Of a stretch of DNA of 64,000 nt, positions 1-11,045 are shown piece by piece. How positions within the stretch are numbered: position 1 is the first letter of the stretch; the number at the start of each line of letters is the position of its first letter. A model generated the notes under the pieces. It was not told the DNA's origin, searched no databases, and saw only the letters and a list, made by a program, of their open reading frames with translations. Source of the DNA: Naegleria gruberi (Eukaryota); NCBI GenBank assembly GCA_000004985.1, contig GG738869.1; one strand, given 5' to 3'. The position numbers were made by a program, and so were the translations under genes.

Positions 1-1178
1 TCGTCCTCTTCATCTTCTTCATCTTCTTCATCATCCTCATCTCTTTCACCTTCTTCATCATCCTCAATTTCATCATCTTCCAATAAATTACCAGAAAAGA
101 CAGCACAGGTCTTGATTCTTTCCCACAAAGAAGCATTTTCATAATTAGTTCTTTTTAAAAACGAGTTGGAACACAACATCATGAATGAAATAAATTGTTC
201 ATAATTCCAGTTACTAGGAAGTTCACAAGTCTTGATCAATTTTGTAATCTTACTCTTCTTTGTGTACCCTTCACCACTTGGATCTCTGTAAAACATATAT
301 TCCATTAGAGGTATAGTTTTGTTTGAACCTTCTTCTCTCATGAGCATGTAGTAACTCTCATCCATAGTCCCTTCTCTACCGTTCATTCCAACACAGTTAG
401 CTTGATACAAGTACACATAGGATGGTTTAGATTTTGAACTGTTAGATTTCTTCTTGATTCGGATTTCACAGGCAGAACCTTCACTATATTCCAATGTACC
501 AGCCACCCATTCTGTGTATTTTACAGCTCCACTTTTGAATAGATTGACATATTCATCATTCTTCACAAGTTCCTCAAAATTCAAATCTTCTCCATCAATG
601 AAATAGTTCTTGAAAGGATTTACTCTATCCTCCAACAGATGCTTTGAACACACCTGAGCATTTCTAATCTCTCCTTGAAGTCTTGTCAAACATCCACTCA
701 AATTGTAAAGTATTTTCCTACTTCTCATTGAACTGGCCTCCTCCTTCTTCATTTCTCTACAAAATCTTTCAAAATTCAACATTACTTGAAAAGCATACCA
801 AGGACATGCTCTTTCTCCCAATTCATCATCACTCCACAAGGCCAATTCTTCATTCATTCCACAATTTACCAATCTAAATCTCAACTGATCCTCAAACTCC
901 AAATATTCATATACATTTCTCAACACGATCGTATTCAACCACTCATGATCATTTCTCTTCCGATGATCAGCAGCATCATTACCAACATTTACCTTCTTCT
1001 TCTTCTTGGCGCTCTCCAAATAATAACCATCATCAAGAGTTCGATAGATTTGTATCGGATTTTCTGGTGGTTCGTATAATCTCTTGACTGCTCTATTGGG
1101 AATTGGTTCTCCTAGGCCAAGTCCTTTTCCTCCCTTTCCTCTTCCAAGGGAGATGGTTGGATCATTGTTTGTTGACAT
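1..1178 (-). CDS. Partial CDS (3' end beyond window start), ATG at 1178..1176. N-terminus MSTNNDPTISLGRGKGGKGLGLGEP mimics the histone H4 tail. Central globular region is unrecognised. C-terminus is a poly-acidic run (DDEEGERDEDDEEDEEDEED...) continuing off the window. Possible chromatin-associated protein.
   Basis: Hand translation of the reverse strand. One open frame runs from 1178 to position 1 with no stop. It is not in the ORF track because it has no stop inside the window. The + ORF 786..1079 is its in-phase antisense. Confidence 0.5.
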   Translation of the reverse strand, partial: MSTNNDPTISLGRGKGGKGLGLGEPIPNRAVKRLYEPPENPIQIYRTLDDGYYLESAKKKKKVNVGNDAADHRKRNDHEWLNTIVLRNVYEYLEFEDQLRFRLVNCGMNEELALWSDDELGERACPWYAFQVMLNFERFCREMKKEEASSMRSRKILYNLSGCLTRLQGEIRNAQVCSKHLLEDRVNPFKNYFIDGEDLNFEELVKNDEYVNLFKSGAVKYTEWVAGTLEYSEGSACEIRIKKKSNSSKSKPSYVYLYQANCVGMNGREGTMDESYYMLMREEGSNKTIPLMEYMFYRDPSGEGYTKKSKITKLIKTCELPSNWNYEQFISFMMLCSNSFLKRTNYENASLWERIKTCAVFSGNLLEDDEIEDDEEGERDEDDEEDEEDEED

Positions 1179-1374
1179 TTTTTTCAAAGTGTTAAGTTTT
1201 GGCGGTTTCAGTTTTCGCGCCTTTTTGTCATTGTTAAGCTGTTACTACAGACAAAATTCCAGTTTTTTAAAGAAAATACTATCAATACCAACCTTTCTCA
1301 TTAAAAAAGTTGTCAAAGAGAGAAGAACAAATTTATTAGTATATTTAACAAACTAACAAACCTTGACCTTTCAG

Positions 1375-1640
1375 AAAACGGGATTGAGAGTTGTGAATCG
1401 ATTGAGGAGTTGAAGCAATTGACATATCTCAATTAATGGAATTGATGATGAAAACGTTGGTTAAATTAGTCAATCTCAATATTTCATTTAATGATATAGG
1501 AGATAACGGGGCTGAACAGATCAGTGGTATAGAAAAATTGACACACCTTGAGATTCGTGGTTGTGAAATATTTTTGATGAAATGCAAGGAACGAGAATCT
1601 ATTAAATTAAGCTAAACATTTAATATAGTTCAGTAATATC
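1375..1640 (+). pseudogene. Leucine-rich-repeat (RNI-like) gene fragment. Reads LDLSENGIESCESIEELKQLTYLN then, after a 1-nt frame slip, LMELMMKTLVKLVNLNISFNDIGDNGAEQISGIEKLTHLEIRGCEI. Interrupted by stops; no start codon.
   Basis: RNI-type LRR periodicity (LxxLxLxxNxIgdxGa) is visible in two adjacent frames. No usable intron signals. Resembles the LRR part of the gene at 3162..4592. Confidence 0.35.
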
Positions 1641-1844
1641 TACTATCATGGAGTCATTTAAGAGAATTTACAAAGAATGGCAACAATACAATAATGGACA
1701 ACTAAACTCAAAAAGAGTTACTCAAATTCTGTGGATTTGACTGTATGGAACGTTCCTTTCACTTTGGATTTAACCACCGTATATGTTATAATAATCGCTT
1801 TGGGATTTATATTACGAATTGAGAAGTCAACAAACAAGAAAAAA

Positions 1845-2595
1845 ATGCCTAGAAGTCCTCTTAACACATTTCTGCTTTTATCTGTATTGATTGTATGTGT
1901 TAGTTGTGTGAATGTGTTGATCAATGTTAAAGATCTTCCAACAGATTCTGTAATAGAGATATCTGGTGAGAACCCAATTACCGTAATTATTCCAAGTAGA
2001 AATTACACAGCACCTGTTGGTTTAAAAATTGATGGAGCTAAAAAATTTGTGAATCATAGCTTTAGGATGTAAAATTTATTCGTTGAAGGTTTCATTGGAC
2101 AAACCTTACTACAGAGGAAATACTCCTGCTAGAACAGATATTCAAAACATTTACTTTGGATATCGTGCTAGATACAGAACATTGGACAATAGATGTATCG
2201 GTGTTGGTTCTGACTGGAGTTTGTATCCCTATGCAGATGGTGCTGAAAGTGTTTGCAATTGTTCAATGATATTCACAGTTTTCCATACAGGATTAGGATT
2301 CATCGATAATTCAACAATACCAGATGAATATTATCCCTTGACCATTAGTATCACACCAAGTTTCAAGAATTACAAAAATGAGCAATACTCCTACTGCACT
2401 GCTAACACACCTTCTTGTTCCAAACAATACTGTACATGTACTACATTGGGAGGCAACAATTTTGATGAAAATCGTTTCTTGTACCCTCCCATTAGCACAT
2501 CAACTAGTACAAGGAGTGTCTCTTCAGCTCGACCAATTTCACAAAATATTTATTTAATAGTTTTATTGATTTTCTTCATTTTGTATATTCAATAA
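1845..2595 (+). CDS. Probable secreted, GPI-anchored or C-terminally membrane-anchored surface protein. Has an N-terminal signal peptide (MPRSPLNTFLLLSVLIVCVSCVNV), a Cys-containing middle, a Ser/Thr stalk (PPISTSTSTRSVSS) and a hydrophobic C-terminus (IYLIVLLIFFILYIQ). The reading frame breaks near 2050..2085 (track ORFs 1731..2072 and 2083..2595).
   Basis: Signal peptide, stalk and C-terminal hydrophobic segment are seen directly in the translation. The two halves are in different frames with no plausible intron. A 20-40 nt GT..AG candidate is shorter than any verified intron here. Confidence 0.4.
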
Positions 2596-3161
2596 ATTAT
2601 ACAGTCTATCCTTTAGTGCAATTACAATATCATTACTGAAATAGTTTGGGCCTAAACCATAACCATCAATATTAAGGCATTTCAATACAAGTTACTTTAG
2701 AACCTAATGAGGAAAGGACAAGATAATAAGAAAAAGTATGTTTGATGGAACTTTATTCATTTTCGAATTAAGTATATTATTTAATAAGCATTCCATTTGA
2801 AAGGTTGGTGTAACGACCTCGTGCCTCAAGTACCTAATATCATCAAGGAGGGTGATCTTATGCATAGATTGAAGAGGCTTTATGATCAGTGTTACGTGTT
2901 GTAAACCATGCTTATTACTCTCCCGCCACCAGTGCTTCCATTCAGTTGATGGTATTTAATAGATTAAATTTAAAAAAAATATTTCCAACAATCAACAATA
3001 TAAAATTGATATGAATTAAAATACGTATTTTAAAAATTCATCATAAGCCAGGTTTGTTCCAACTATTGCAATAGTCAAGTTTTTTAAAGTACTTTTTCCT
3101 TTTAATTTAAAAGAATAACTTCGGAAATGTAACAGATACAAGAGCTATTTCAAAAAGAAAA

Positions 3162-4592
3162 ATGATCACTTCCCTACCCCATGAAATCCTTGCCAATGAA
3201 ATCTTTATTTTTCTTCCAGAATTATTTCTTTTCAAAGTTTGTTCTATATGCAAACTGTGGAGACATTTAATTATTGAAAAATTAACACAACACGGATTGA
3301 CCATTTTAAAGTACAAACAAATGGAAAATCAGTGGTCCGAAGATCAATTTAATATTTCCCTTCCGATTCATCACCTATTGATCATCAAATCACAATTTAA
3401 ATCTGCTTGTTTGGATGTGTTTTTTAAAAATGATATTTTGAGTTTTTTAACGAGATTCGAATTGATTGGAGTTCCAATAGGAAACAAACCTTTAAAGATG
3501 ATTTCAAATTGTAAATATTTGGGTCAATTGGAAAAATTGGTCATGTTGGCATGTGGGATTGGAGATGCTGGTGTGCAGTCTCTTGTTAATTCAAGTAAGA
3601 ATTTGAAATCATTGAAATATTTGGACCTTTCATGTAATGTAATTACTGACAATGGTTTGAAAATGATCTTAAATTCAGATTTTAATTTGGAAGAATTCTA
3701 CTTGACAACCAATAAGATTAAATATACAAGTATTAATGAAAGGCCAATGGAAAGTTTGAAAATTCTCCAATTGGAAGAATATTACACAGTGGAAACAGTT
3801 CATGATATGCATATGGAAATATTTTATCAAACTGGAAGGGTGCCAACAAATGTAAACACTCCCCAAGCTCAATCTCTGCATGATGTTGCACTAATGTTGC
3901 AACAACCACAGATTTTACAAGTTACTACAAGAGTTTCGTTAGAAATGCTTTTGGAGAGTGCCAAGCAAGGTTCAACACAAGCTCAGTACAGAATGGGAGG
4001 AATATATTTCGTAAAATGTGAACCAGATTATGGATTTTCTCAAAACATTGATCTAGCCATTGACTTTTTAAGGAAAGCAGCTGAAAAGAAACATCCTGAA
4101 GCGACTGCTTTGCTGTCTGTTCTTTATGAAGAAATTGGAAATTTGGAAAAGTCGTTTGAATGGTGTAAGAAAGCTTCTGAACTTGGCGATTCATCATCTA
4201 TGATAAGATTAGGATATATGTACGATAAGGGAAACGAATTTATTAAGGTAGACCACGTACTAGCATTGGAAATGTACGAAAAGGCATTGAAAATTGAAAC
4301 CTCTTCTCAAAACTATTATCTTCTTGGAAGTTTGTTTCATGAGGGAAGATGTGACAAATTTGGTAAAGTAATTATTGGACAAGATTATCAAAAAGCAATG
4401 GAATATTATCATGAATGTTTGAAACTTGAAGAAGATAACGAATGGGCAAATTATCATTTGGGTATAATGTATAAACTAGGGGAAGGTATTGATCAACCAA
4501 ATAACGAATTGGCTAAAAAGTATTTGTCGCGAGCAGCCGAGTTAGGGGATGACACAATATCAGAACAAGAATCGAATCAGAATTTGGAGTGA
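3162..4592 (+). CDS. F-box / leucine-rich repeat / Sel1-like repeat protein (476 aa).
   Basis: N-terminal F-box-like motif LPHEILANEIFIFLPELFLFKVCSICKLWRHLI. RNI-type LRRs (LKYLDLSCNVITDNGLKMIL). C-terminal Sel1/TPR-like repeats (AQYRMGGIYF..., LGYMYDKG..., HLGIMYKLGEG...). Confidence 0.7.
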   Translation: MITSLPHEILANEIFIFLPELFLFKVCSICKLWRHLIIEKLTQHGLTILKYKQMENQWSEDQFNISLPIHHLLIIKSQFKSACLDVFFKNDILSFLTRFELIGVPIGNKPLKMISNCKYLGQLEKLVMLACGIGDAGVQSLVNSSKNLKSLKYLDLSCNVITDNGLKMILNSDFNLEEFYLTTNKIKYTSINERPMESLKILQLEEYYTVETVHDMHMEIFYQTGRVPTNVNTPQAQSLHDVALMLQQPQILQVTTRVSLEMLLESAKQGSTQAQYRMGGIYFVKCEPDYGFSQNIDLAIDFLRKAAEKKHPEATALLSVLYEEIGNLEKSFEWCKKASELGDSSSMIRLGYMYDKGNEFIKVDHVLALEMYEKALKIETSSQNYYLLGSLFHEGRCDKFGKVIIGQDYQKAMEYYHECLKLEEDNEWANYHLGIMYKLGEGIDQPNNELAKKYLSRAAELGDDTISEQESNQNLE

Positions 4593-6163
4593 ATATAGGA
4601 CTATTTATTAGATCGGTTCTTTGTCAAATAAGCATTCTTGGTTTTTTAACAGCAAACAGTTCAGCAAAGTTCTTTTCCACAAGTTCATCAGTTTGAAGTT
4701 ATGGTCTTGTTTAGCCCTTGTTTTTGCTTCTTACTAACACGGTTAAGGAAGACTTGAATTTTCCTTTAAATCCGAAAGCATGAGGCAAAAATACATGATT
4801 TACAGTAGCATGAGGCAAAAATCAATCTTGTCTAAAATTCTTAATAAACATGAGCAAGAACATGATTTGATTAATGGCAATTAACGCACAACCCTGAATT
4901 GTTTCATTTTCTCAATTGCTCAATTCAGTCAATCTCTTCATAAATTAGATCTACAACATTTGACATCAACTAACATCAAACTCAATATCACAAGACATTA
5001 TCTCTAATACATTGAACAAGATTCAAAACATTGTAGTTCTTTCAAAAAAACTTCAAGAATCATTGTATACACTACAATGGAGTGCATGTTGTCAACTCTT
5101 ATATCTCACAAATATATGGAGGACATTTTTTCAGTTCCATTTTTGTAACATTTAGCAACAAACTAATTGAATTCACAATAGAGACTTCATGTCGTCATTC
5201 TTCACGCCTTCAACATTCCCATTTAGGCAGCTTTCGTTTATTTACTTGTAGTGGAAGATTTAAATTGGATACTTGTGGCAAAGATCTGAAACACTGTTGT
5301 GTGATATCTTTGAAAACCATCCGCTCTTAGTTGGTGCTTTCTTCATTTTTAGAATTTTTGTAAATTCTCCTTGTCGAATAGATAAACGAAAGTCAAAAGA
5401 AACGATAGATATTTAATCTGAGGATTTCCTCTTACTACGATGATATCATAGATAGTCCAACATTCAAGATCTCTTGCATATTATCCTATTGACATTTATA
5501 TTACATGTGTGTTGTATTATGAGATGAGGAAAGGTACAAATTAACTAAATATCCTATTCGGTAAGGTGTGTATCGATTACGGTTATCTTCTTGTTTTGAT
5601 AAGAAACGAACCCTATGATGTCCAGACAATATATAGAATGTGTATCTCATTGTTTGCGTGAAACCCTTCGACTTGCTTATTAGAAAGTAAACGAAACAGT
5701 GATAAAAAACAAGGTTCATGAATGAAACAGGTGCCCACACAAAGGTTAATTATGGGGCATTTATCTAAAATAACATGAACGCCTTGTTGGAAATAAAAGA
5801 TAACAGGAAAATGTGCTGCCAAACGTCAAACATCTTTTCTCACGAAGAATGAGAAAATGCAAATTGGTAACACAAGCAGAACAATCATCACTAAACAAGA
5901 TTTAAATAAAAAGAACATAAACCTAAAGAACCTGTCAGCTGCCAACACATCAACAGTGAACCATCACAACATTTCATTGGATTACCAAAAGTTTATTGTC
6001 GACTAGTTTGTGATAATATCAGCCGAATTGAAATAACATCAAAGTCTTTGACATATTCTGACATTGTTTCTAATCTCGCAACCTAAACTTGTAAGATCCA
6101 AACAAAGACGTTTCTTCCTCCTCTGCATTCAAGTTATTAGAAATCAAACTTTAAAAAAAAGAG

Positions 6164-7687
6164 ATGATACAACAATCTGCCAGCCAAATGTTATTCGAAA
6201 CAACCAACATGCATTCAAAGAATAATGCACAATTTCAACAAGCTTCCTATTCGAAAGTTCCCCCTTCCACTGCTGTACTATTAAACAATGAGACCCACAG
6301 AACTAATCGCGACAACAGTCCAGTACAGAAAGATATCAGCGACATGTCTGGGTCAACTGGACCATTTGTTTCGAATAACATTTCTAAAGAAAAATCACAA
6401 CAACCACCCATGATGTTACCAAACTTGAGAGATTTACTGAATGAATCAGCACCGCCTTCAGCACATGTTGCAGAAACCTTGTATCCACGTGTCCAGTACC
6501 AACAATCACAGCCACAGAATGGTGGCAACTTTAACTCCAGAAACTTGCATTCATACTATTCGAATACAAACAACAACATGTCTTCCAATCCCATGCATCA
6601 ACAACAATATCCAAATTTGGGTTTTGATAAAATCCCAGCTCACATTCAATCCAACTCTTCCCAACAAAATCCATTATTCGAAACATCACATGCAAGGTAT
6701 TCACCACCACATCCACAACAACATGTATACTCTACTCAACCACCACATACCATACAACCATCACCTCTTCAACAACAACATGTTTCAAGATTATCACCTC
6801 CTCATGATCCACATCCCCTCCAACCAATAACTCATCAACAACATTTAAATCAATCGTCTCCTCCACCACAACAACAACCAATGACACAACAACAACATAT
6901 AAATCCACAAGTGATTGCGAATAGAACAATTCAAGATTTGGAGAGAGAACTCGATTATCAGTCGAGGTTTATTGTAGAGTTGGAGAGGCAGAATAGTGAA
7001 TTGAGAAGGGAGTTGATGCATGTGAGACAACAACAACAGCAACAACATGTACCTTCACAGACAAGTTCTAATGGATCATCTATAGTACCAGCTGGTACTG
7101 CTCGAATGATGCCTATTCGAACAAAGAATGATCCATTCGAAACTGCCAACAAGAAGAGAAATTTTGCAGATGTTCAACCTACTACTGTAGGAGGATCTGC
7201 AGTAACGACCTATCTTACATCGAGTGTAAATGATTCAAAGAAGAGAAAGACAAGCGCATCATCACCAAGTGCGTCATCTGCATCAAATATCTTAGATTCG
7301 AATAATAATAAGGAAATTTCTATTGTTGATGAATCAGTGGACAAGTTAAATACTGCAAACATGCACAAGTATATTGTTAAATGGAAGGGCGAAACCTATG
7401 TTCTAGTCAGCATTTTCAAGAATAGAACCCAAATTCTCAATTATTACGTTCCTCTCTATCAGAGTCAGAATCCAGATAAGGTTTGCAAGATTGTGTTGAG
7501 TAATGAAGATTACAAACAACTTTCTAATGAAAACCCTGACACTGTTGAAAAGAAGAAGCATGCATGGAGAGTTTCTGTGTTTAGTTTGGATTTTTACAAT
7601 TTTGTAAAGAATTTTCAAAAGAAAAATCATCAACAGAAAGCTTCATCCTTCATTCCATTTGATGCCACAACACAAATAAATAAGTAA
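6164..7687 (+). CDS. Low-complexity Q/N/P/H-rich protein (prion-like N-terminal half) with a coiled-coil segment (IQDLERELDYQSRFIVELERQNSELRRELMHVRQQ) and a small C-terminal globular domain. Unknown function.
   Basis: Single 507-aa ORF. Composition and heptad pattern read from the translation. C-terminal motif KYIVKWKGETY weakly resembles a chromo-type motif. Confidence 0.5.
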   Translation: MIQQSASQMLFETTNMHSKNNAQFQQASYSKVPPSTAVLLNNETHRTNRDNSPVQKDISDMSGSTGPFVSNNISKEKSQQPPMMLPNLRDLLNESAPPSAHVAETLYPRVQYQQSQPQNGGNFNSRNLHSYYSNTNNNMSSNPMHQQQYPNLGFDKIPAHIQSNSSQQNPLFETSHARYSPPHPQQHVYSTQPPHTIQPSPLQQQHVSRLSPPHDPHPLQPITHQQHLNQSSPPPQQQPMTQQQHINPQVIANRTIQDLERELDYQSRFIVELERQNSELRRELMHVRQQQQQQHVPSQTSSNGSSIVPAGTARMMPIRTKNDPFETANKKRNFADVQPTTVGGSAVTTYLTSSVNDSKKRKTSASSPSASSASNILDSNNNKEISIVDESVDKLNTANMHKYIVKWKGETYVLVSIFKNRTQILNYYVPLYQSQNPDKVCKIVLSNEDYKQLSNENPDTVEKKKHAWRVSVFSLDFYNFVKNFQKKNHQQKASSFIPFDATTQINK

Positions 7688-7691
7688 TTTG

Positions 7692-10571
7692 TTAGAGCAT
7701 ATCACTTTCAATATTGTTTTGTGCCGTTTCAACTTCGTCTTCAGTTAAATCTATTGAACCTTCAGTTAATTGGAATTTCTCAATATTTACAATGAGCTTT
7801 TTGATGCTTGCAGGAACAAATTTGTTTCCAAAAGCTTTGATACATAAATCCTCTGGGATTTCATTTCTTTCTCGTGGTTTAATTATGGATGGAATATCAT
7901 CAAGCAACTTGTCAAATATAACAGTCTTGTGAGCTTGAAGTTCCTTAACAGCTACATCCACCGATTCTCGGCAAACCAATCTGAAAATTTTGACTTGTTC
8001 CTTTTGATTTTTTCTGACTAATCTGCAAATTGCTTGGTCATCTTTGGCAAAGTTAAAGTCCAAATTGAATAATACAACATTGGTGGCCGTTGTAAGGTCA
8101 ATACCAACACCTCCCGCATTCTTACTAATAAGCAAAGTGTTGATAATTCCCCTATTGAATTGATTGATAATCTCTGCTCTCTTGGGAGATGATGTATCTC
8201 CTGTAAATACACCAATCTTGATTGTATTGTCTTTGCTCAACTCCTTAACAATGACAGAGTTGTAGCAAACTAACCCAGAAAATACGACAACCTTTTCCTT
8301 TTTACCTCCAACTATCCTAGAAACTAAGTTTTTCAAAATTTTCACTCTTGTAGAGCCGGTTAATTTGGGATGGCTTTCTTGAATATATTTCTTGAGGGTT
8401 GTTTGAAAACTCTCAGGTGTTACATCTTCATCGTTATATTCTTGTGAAAATTCTTCCAAATCTTTCTCATCTGATTCTTTCAAATAATCGACACAGTCGA
8501 GGCATAATCTCTGATAAAAGTATCTGGCAAAGTAACACTTAGTTCTGTATTTTTGAGAAATGAACTCGTAAATATCCTTCTCCTCTTTGCTCATTTTAAA
8601 TTCTATGATAATATCCTCTTTCTTTTTTGCAATCTCTTCCATTTCCTTGATATTAACTTTTCTATGAATCAATTCCTTAAAGTAATTGTAAAAGACTTCA
8701 GTTCTAGCAAGAACCTCTCTGTTTTCAATGTTTTTTCTATTTTTAGAGAAGAATTCTGTAAATGTGGAATTAAAACAACGCATCAACTTCCTCACATATG
8801 GGTTCTGAGGTTCTAAAAATCTTATCAACGTGAATATTTCAGCTATACTATTCTGTAATGGCGTACCAGTAACTAGTAATTTGATAGATTTGGAAAAGGA
8901 TGAGAAATGCTTGAATCTTTCAGATTCTGGATTTTTGATAACATGAGCTTCATCAATTACTAAAATATCAGCTTTCTTTAGATACAATGCCTCCTCAGGA
9001 CTATTTTTCAAAATATTCATACACCTGTCATAGGTCATTACCATCATTCTTCCTCCCTTATCGAATTCCAACATTTTGTCGTACATATTTTCATTGTCAT
9101 TCAATACTATAATTTCAGATAAAAATCCTCCAGAAGGAAAATGGTACATGTACTGTTTTGAAAAGTGATCAATATTTGATTTTGGAACAAGAACTAGATA
9201 TTTGAGTGATTTACCAATTTTGTTCTGAGAATATATTCTGTTGTAATTCTTCAATATCAATAGGACCGTAAGTGTTTTACCTAAACCCATAGAATGAGCT
9301 GTAACACGTTAGAATATTGTGTTAATTTCACACTTACCAATCAATAAGGATTTTCCTTGCATCATTCTATTAATGGCCGTTCTTAAACAATCAATTTGGT
9401 GATCCATGACGTAGTCCTGATACTCTAATTCATACTCTCCATGTTGCTTCTTGATAAAGGTGACTGATTCCTTAACCTCCTCGACAATATGTTGATTTTG
9501 AAGTGCCTCCTCTGCCAATTGTTCCTTAAGTTTTAATTTTTGTGCCTCCTGTTGCATCTTTTTGAAACCTTGTTCGTATTGTTGGCGTCTGAAGTGATAG
9601 GCAAGTTTTGTTTTGAACGCTACAACAACTGGAATCTCCCTTCTTGCATACATTCTCAAATATTCTCTGAACTTATTATTATTTTTTTCCATAATGCATT
9701 TTTCAATTTCATCAGCCAATGCTTGTTGCTTTTCATTGAGGATTACTGTTTTGATTATTCTTTCAGTTGGCTCTTCGTCACTCGTTATAACTTCCTCAAC
9801 ACCCTCATCATCAATGAAATCATTCATATCATTCTCTTCATCGACTGTTGGTGCTGATTTTCTCTTTCTGTTTGGTCTCGTATTCTTGTTCAAAGTAGCG
9901 TCCACTCTTTTCTTCTTTTTAACCACTTGCTTGTCAAATTCCTGTAAAGCCAATTGATGAATAATACTATCTCTAAGAGTGGTGTCTAATCCTTTGAAAT
10001 TCCCATTCAATGTATCTTTCAGTTTTAGTAATCTCTCCTCCAACCTTTGCCAATTATCATGAATATCTTCCTTGGTTTTGTCTTGACAAAACTCACGAAT
10101 TTCCTCATCAGTACATTGAAATCTTTTTACATAGTTTTCAATATACATCTGACACTCATCCACTACCTCATCATCATCATTCAATTCTTCTACAGAATAT
10201 TCAATAGCCTTGTCTTCAAAAAGTAATTCTGGGCCATCATCAGAGTCTTCCGAATCAACTTCCGAATCAAAATCATTCAAGTCAATAGAAGACTCATCCT
10301 CTTCATCATTCATATCTATTATATCACCTACATCATAGCTGGCTTCTTCCGATACATCAAATTCTGATGGGGAAATTGGAGGCCGATACATTGGGGCCTC
10401 ATTGTGTTGTTCCATTTTTTTAGAATTTGTTATTTTAGCAATTGAACTGGCTTTCCAAATATAATTGTTAAGAAACTGGTTTGTGTTTTCAATGTTTTGA
10501 TCAAAATTATGAGAATTAGAACAAATTTTCTTGTAAGTGTTGGGAATTCTCAAAGATAAAGTAGTCGGCAT
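7692..10571 (-). CDS. SNF2-family DNA-dependent ATPase (Rad54/ATRX/ARIP4-like), about 950 aa. Two exons joined across a 39-nt intron (about 9299..9337). The splice reconstitutes helicase motif I as ...SLLIAHSMGLGKT.
   Basis: Track ORFs 9309..10571 and 7692..9290 are in the same orientation. GTAAGT..ACAG intron between them. Motif I GLGKT, motif II LVIDEAHVIKN (DEAH box), helicase-C motifs (LLISKNAGGVGIDLTTATNVVLFNLDFN, QAICRLVR). Acidic Ser/Asp/Glu-rich N-terminal region. Confidence 0.8.
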
Positions 10572-11045
10572 TCAAGATACTGGTCGAGATTGAACCTTGG
10601 AATGTTCAATTTCATATTCGAACAAGTAGTATTACTTGGTGATCAACACAAACTCGAAATACAAACATTACTCAACCCGAAACAACAACTTTTTATCATA
10701 CAACCATTAAACCCCAACCGAATTAAAAACAACAAAAAACCTCCTCAACTATCATAGGCTTGATTTTACAGCTCTTTGAAATCTTGTAGCCAAAAATTTC
10801 ACCAACTTCCAAAAAAAACAAAACAGAAAAAATTTACAAGGGTGTATTCTTGCTAATTTCTCTCTTCACGTTTTTTTTTCTTCTCTCTCTCGATCGCATC
10901 CAAGAAGGAAGACACATTGTTATTAGTAGCGTCATTGCTTCATAGTCATTAATTGTGGGAACATACTTTGTATCATCAATAGGAAAATATTTTTCTTTTA
11001 AGAGCAAAGAAAGAGAAAATATACTACAAATTCCGAAGATCAAAG

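Noticed and set aside
786-1356. Plus-strand ORFs 683..877, 786..1079, 1084..1356 at the window start
   Set aside because: 786..1079 is the exact in-phase antisense of the minus-strand H4-mimic gene and begins at a non-ATG codon. The others are short, hydrophobic or low-complexity, with no motifs.
2067-2086. A 20-nt GT..AG candidate intron joining the two halves of the surface-protein gene; also a 14-nt GTAAAT..TTAG in 41349.. at about 42036
   Set aside because: Far shorter than the smallest verified intron here (39 nt). The flanking ORF at 42036 reads through in frame without it.
2780-2960. Locally GC-richer patch containing a about 50-codon ORF ending ...KEGDLMHRLKRLYDQCYVL-stop; considered a ncRNA or small-protein last exon
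   Set aside because: No match to snRNA, 5S or SRP consensus sequences I know. ORF below the size threshold with no recognisable family. Insufficient evidence.
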